From: Orbicella franksi | Taxonomy: Eukaryota | Assembly (NCBI GenBank): GCA_964199315.1 | Contig: OZ116699.1 | Location: forward strand, 34,782,001-34,846,000 | Length of the DNA: 64,000 nucleotides | Direction: 5' to 3' | The notes under the pieces: generated by a model | What the model saw: only the letters and a program-made list of their open reading frames with translations | Database searches by the model: none | What the model was told of the DNA's origin: nothing | Made by a program: the position numbers and the translations under genes | In this document: positions 58,693-64,000 of the stretch, piece by piece | Position numbering within the stretch: the stretch's first letter is position 1 | Layout of the letters: each line of letters opens with the position of its first letter

Positions 58693-61600
58693 AAACAAAA
58701 TGAACATATACGCATATGCACTTTTGTATTGAACATAAAATGCGGTCTTTTGGCTTGATTCGAGTGGTTTTTCAAGTTCACATGTACTATTTACACCCAC
58801 AGTTTAAAGGGCTGAACTCAGGTGTTTAGATTGGGCTAGAGGAAATGCTAAAATGCGTAAATCTTGTGGTGTGGGCATAAGTTGTGCAGCTTTTGTTTCT
58901 ATATTTTTTTCATTTTTGGTTGTGTTTTTATAGCTTAAATTCCACAACTTCTGTTGAAGACTTTTATGAAGGGTTAGCACAAGTTCGTGACAAAACTGCT
59001 ACACAAAAGGATTAAATGACCCGAAAATTGTTTGTTATCATAAGAATTCAATGTAATGTTTATTATTTAAACACAGCCACCTGTATTTATTAATCTTAAG
59101 TTGTGAAGCTTTGCAAAAAAGTGAAAGTAATACACGTATGTATGTTAATTTACATGCATAGTTCAATGACAGCATTCTTGAGAGTTAGCAGTTCTCACAG
59201 TCAAAACATTAGGACTTGAAGAAAAGAAAGAATTCCCATGGAGACCACCAGATTCAGAGTGGTGGTTTGCATTCCAACAGTGTATTTGATTGGTCTTACA
59301 AGGTCCTACAAGGGCAAAAACAAATGCTTGCTACATGTACATGTAGCTTCTACATGCACAAGTGTTTGTTTTTAAATGCACCTCCATTCTAAAGTCATTG
59401 CAAAAATAATGGTGTTTTCCCAGAAAACATGTTTTCCCTTTGAAGTAGATCTTTTGGTCTGAACTCACTTGCCCTCTCTTCCTGCCAACACCTATGAAAG
59501 ATCAGTTTTAACTTCCTGTTTTTGTTTGAGATCCCCACCCCTTTCAGTTGGAATTTTCAGTGTCATTCTATGGCCTGGGTTAGGGATATCTTAATATATA
59601 GATTTAGGCCAGCCTAAAAGCGGAGCTCCTCAGTTATTTTTCGGAATGTTGTTACTAATGAAAATAATCCAACTTGTATGAGGTAAATTGCGAATGATTT
59701 AATAGTTTCAGTGGGAACTAGTATTACATCAGCAGATCGAGGTGTAAGATGGTGTGATTATGAAATATAGAGCCATGATTTCAAGGATTTCTTGGAAGCC
59801 ACCAAAAATCTTGATCACATAACAGAACTGTCTTCTGTGCTTTTTGGTTGCATTTCTTGTTCTTTCCTACCTTATTCAGAAAGACAAGGCATTGTTATTA
59901 ATCATTATATTCTTCCTTAGCTAACATGGGGACTCCCACACAAAAGAAGTTTACACATTTTTTTGTTGTGGGGACTGATTGAAATGCAGTGGTTACAATA
60001 TACTCAGTCCCTGAATCTCTACCAAATGAAATCTCACAAAAATACCAAAACAATATACATATGTGAAAAGTTGGAAAGTTTTGTTTTCTAACTTGTCCCC
60101 AAAGATACATTTAGCCATCTTCACTATTGTATGGAATCTCCTCCTGCTGGAAGGGTTTGCAATAAGCAAAATCACCCTCACATGAATGGTAATTACAATA
60201 TTTTTTTTTGCTGATCATGAATACTTGCATAGGCTTCTAATAATAATTTTATTATTCAATTTCAATGTGATTTGTTCTTTTTCTCAACTGGCATTGTGGA
60301 CTACAAGAGCTGTTATTGGGTTCCATTAATTAATTTTGCTATGATTAAATTATACCAAGAATTATCAGTAAGCTAAGAGGAAGTTATATTATGTACATGT
60401 ATTTTGTCTGCACTACACAACCAAATGCACTCCAAGGTTATCAGGCATAGGTACATTTGTCAGAAGAGCCCAACATATCCAAGATATGTTTTGACTGACA
60501 CATCAATTAAGATAATTTACAGCAAAATGGATAAAAAATACATTAATATCCTACATGCACCAAAGCCAGACATGGGATTATAAGGCAATCATTTAAACAA
60601 CAGATTGAAATAATTTATAAATTAGAGAACACTATTTCTACAACAGAATGGAACAAATTAACCTTATCGGACATTGCGAATGGCAAGGCTGTCTATAGAA
60701 TGTCACAAATTTCTCAACCCTTTCTTTCTACAAAAATGCTAATCCTGCAACTTTGCTTAAGACCCAGTTCTCCATTTCATGTTGGCAAAATATCAATTTA
60801 TGCCATGTCCAATGCAGATTATCACAAAATTGATTTAAAAGCTCAATAAATATCATTTTAAAGCCAAAAAGCCAATTATGTAAATAAACCATGAGTAAAT
60901 TATCTCTAAGAAAAACTGATTAATTTAAAAGGCACTTAAAAATAATTAGTTAATTTGTGTTTCTTAATAATGTAATGCAGTGTATCTGTCACAATGTTGC
61001 AGCTACATGTATGATATTACTACAAACAGGATGGGTTGCAGAACTGAACCTCCAAGTCAGTTTATTCAATGAACTTGGTGCAGAATTTATAATCCCATCA
61101 AGTTGTCTGTAAATACAGAGAAACCAAACAAAGCATTACAATCATAAGTAATGAATTACTGAACTCTTTTACATGACTGTATGAACAGTGTATGTTCCAT
61201 TAATATTGGGGATCTCTCAGAAGCTGCATCCATGATAAATTAATTTGTTCCCAGATGCATTTGTTTATAGAACCTTTCACAAATTATATCTCTGTCATAA
61301 CAGTGATCTCTGTGTTCTACAACAATTAGTCACAAGAAAAATACACAGTAAGATATTGTTTACAATAAAAATCAACGCCTATAAGCAATCATAAGGACCT
61401 CAAATTTATATTTCCTCAGAAATATCTCACCAGGCCATGGTTACTTTGAAAATCTTTGATGTTTTAATACAGGCTCTCCATCTGTAAACTGTTCATATAT
61501 TGACGGACAGGAACAGGCATGTAATTCCTTTCTTTGATATACAGTGTACTTCATTGTTAGTTGTTTACTGAGTGTTAGTAGTGAATCAAATGCTAGGGGT

Positions 61601-62461
61601 TGGTACTCCAACTTTCACTGTGGCAGGCTCTGCCCTGAAATACTAAGCAAACTTACATAACTGTTATGAACTTCGCCACTTGCTTTCGAGAGCAAATGCA
61701 ATTTGCTTCAAACAAGAAACTGGAACATTGAGGATTACAACAATGTGCACAGTCCCAATCACAGGGTCATCCAGGCTGTTTGGTTGTACATATAACTGTA
61801 CAACTGTATATGAGTTCAGTTTCCAGAAGAAAATCAGAGTTTGTCAGGATAAATACTGATGTTCTTGCTTACTCAATGAATGAATGTGCAGTTTCAGAAG
61901 ATATTCACACCCAACACCCATTCATGGCCAGTCTTTAGAAATTCCAAATTAAAGTATTAAAGTATTAAAGGAATCAAGAGCTCTAATAGAGAAAAAACCT
62001 CCATGTGGGGTATGAATCTTTTCTTGAAGAAAACAATGTCTGAGAAATCATTAATTACAAAATAATGTTCAAGAAACATCTTACCTTTCAGAGAATTTTG
62101 TAATCTACACTGTCTGGCCAGTTCATATATTTGACAAGTTGGCACTGGGTGTGTTTGTAAATTTGTGCACTTCGACATCACATTACTATGTAGTAGCACT
62201 GGTCAACTAAAAACAGCATAATTTGGTGAATTAATATACACTGTACATTATTAGGTTGAAATATTGGTGTAGATTGTTGCACATCAACAGATACAGAAAC
62301 TATTTGCTCCTGAATCATAACGAGTGAAAAATCGTGCATGAGACATTTGCATGTACATGTAACAGCCCTCCACCTCAGAACCATCACAGATATGATATGA
62401 TATTTTTAAACTCTCTGAAATTTCAGATTATTCAAGATAAACATATGCACATACATCATCT

Positions 62462-63792
62462 GGGGCAACCCTAAAACACTGAATTTGGAAACTGAAATCC
62501 GGAATCCAGAATCTGGAATCCAGAATCTGGAACCAAAAACCAGAATCTGGAATCCAGATATTATGAATGATGATATAAATAATTCACTTCAGCAATGTCT
62601 AACAAATAAATATGAGCAAAAATTATTTTGTTGTTATTATTTTCTTGGCTTTACTTCAGCCACAGACTGTAATTGCTAAAAAATTATTGACTAGTTCTGA
62701 ACAACCCTTAGCTATATATCTGGCCCGGTTGTTTAAAGCTATCCCTTGGGTACATCACTATCCAGTCAGGGTTACTGATTTTTTGGGTGGATAGAGTTAC
62801 TCATAGCCTGCAAGCAGGCTCTAGTATCTGTCTCTAGTGTCTGAGCAGGCTAAATAGGTGTCTAGTGTTTTTCTGCATTGGCATGTCACCAAGAACCTTC
62901 ATGCGGCTTTGCCACTCACGTCCCTAGCCCAAACACGAGAGCCTGCTCATAGGCTAAGTTACCCATCTTTTGTTCAAGCTGGCCCTAGTGAGAGCCTGCT
63001 TCTTGTCTAGATCAAATTGCTCTGAGAAGACTGGTGAGCAGCACATTAACAACAAGCTATTATAGGCTATTGCAGTAAGTTTCTGGCAGTCTTTTAGCAT
63101 CTTTTAACAACATGTGGTCTGATCTGTTAGCAAGTGAGAAGCAGACGGAAGTAAGTGTGCAACATTTCTACAAATTATTTTAATATGATGGCCGCCAAGA
63201 ATATGAAAGGCTGATTTGTCACAGTATCAGTGTGGAAATTGTGTTAATCTGGAATTGGTCTCGCATCTGTTGGAAAAATCAAATTTCATATTTGGACCAG
63301 ATGGGTTAGCCTTTGGACTTCGAAAGTGGGGGCGTGACTGTCAATGTACAGGGGGCTGCCACTGACGGATATCCTGTTCTCTATGACATTTTCTATCTTG
63401 TTCAGTATCTACTAGACATAAAGGATAAATTTATACTCCTGGTAAATTGAAGATCACTTATTAAACAAAATGGCATTTACCAGCAAGCTTATTTTAGACA
63501 CTCTCAAGGTGCTTGGAATAAAATTAAGATGCACTTTACTGAGATTCTCATAATCATAGCCCTCACTAAAAATAACGGTTGCACGATTTCAACAGACGGG
63601 GAATTTTTGTTTCAAAAGGTTAAGTTTGAGGTCCTTTTTACTTGGCAGCTTACTTTTTACAGCAAGCAAAACAATTTTCACGTATTTGAAAAACTTATTT
63701 TCTTTGATTTGTGGATTCCGGTTTCCGGTTTCTGGATTCCGGTTTTTGGTTCCAGATTCTGGATTCTGGTTTCTGGGTTTTAGGGTTGCCCC
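62462..63792. mobile_element. Non-autonomous DNA transposon with 4-bp TSD and GGGG termini (Sola2-like), 1331 bp
   Basis: TIR GGGGCAACCCTAAAAC / GTTTTAGGGTTGCCCC. ATCT at 62458-62461 and 63793-63796. Inverted subterminal arrays of 7-bp CCAGAAT/CTGGAAT/CCGGAAT units. Confidence 0.8.
62804..62956. mobile_element. Nested MITE with TAG termini
   Basis: TAGCCTGCAAGCAGGCTCT / AGAGCCTGCTCATAGGCTA. Confidence 0.65.
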
Positions 63793-64000
63793 ATCTTTAA
63801 CAGAGTGTTTGCTTCACATTCAGTTTACACATGGCTGTCATCCAGCATAGGCAGACTTATAAGTTTTCCTTCAAACATATATTGCAACAACTATTGCATC
63901 TTTCATTACCTATTCTTGTGATGAAATGACACAAAATCCAAGAACAAGAGGTCATAAAACTAACTTATGTGGTAGTGCTTACAGTTCCTCTTACTGTCTG

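Overview
AT-rich, repeat-dense, intron-containing animal DNA. The genes and repeat types suggest a cnidarian, probably a stony coral (inference). Host genes from left to right: a complete 9-exon SLC6 amino-acid-transporter gene (minus, 622 aa); an intronless class A GPCR with an NRY motif (plus); a broken upstream SLC6 paralogue (pseudogene); a complete 6-exon TARBP1/Trm3 tRNA 2'-O-methyltransferase (minus, 1653 aa) head-to-head with a 3-exon dUTPase (plus, 161 aa); and the 5' part of SMAD4. Mobile DNA includes a DIRS/Ngaro-type tyrosine-recombinase retroelement that has lost RT/RNaseH, leaving gag-TAA-pol'::YR in one frame. There are also two Penelope fragments (one with a structurally complete minimal hammerhead motif inside an SLC6 intron), a LINE 3' end, tRNA-derived SINEs, a hAT remnant with a 5-bp TSD, a Sola2-like element and many MITEs. 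All exon and repeat calls were made by eye. No searches or folding programs were run.
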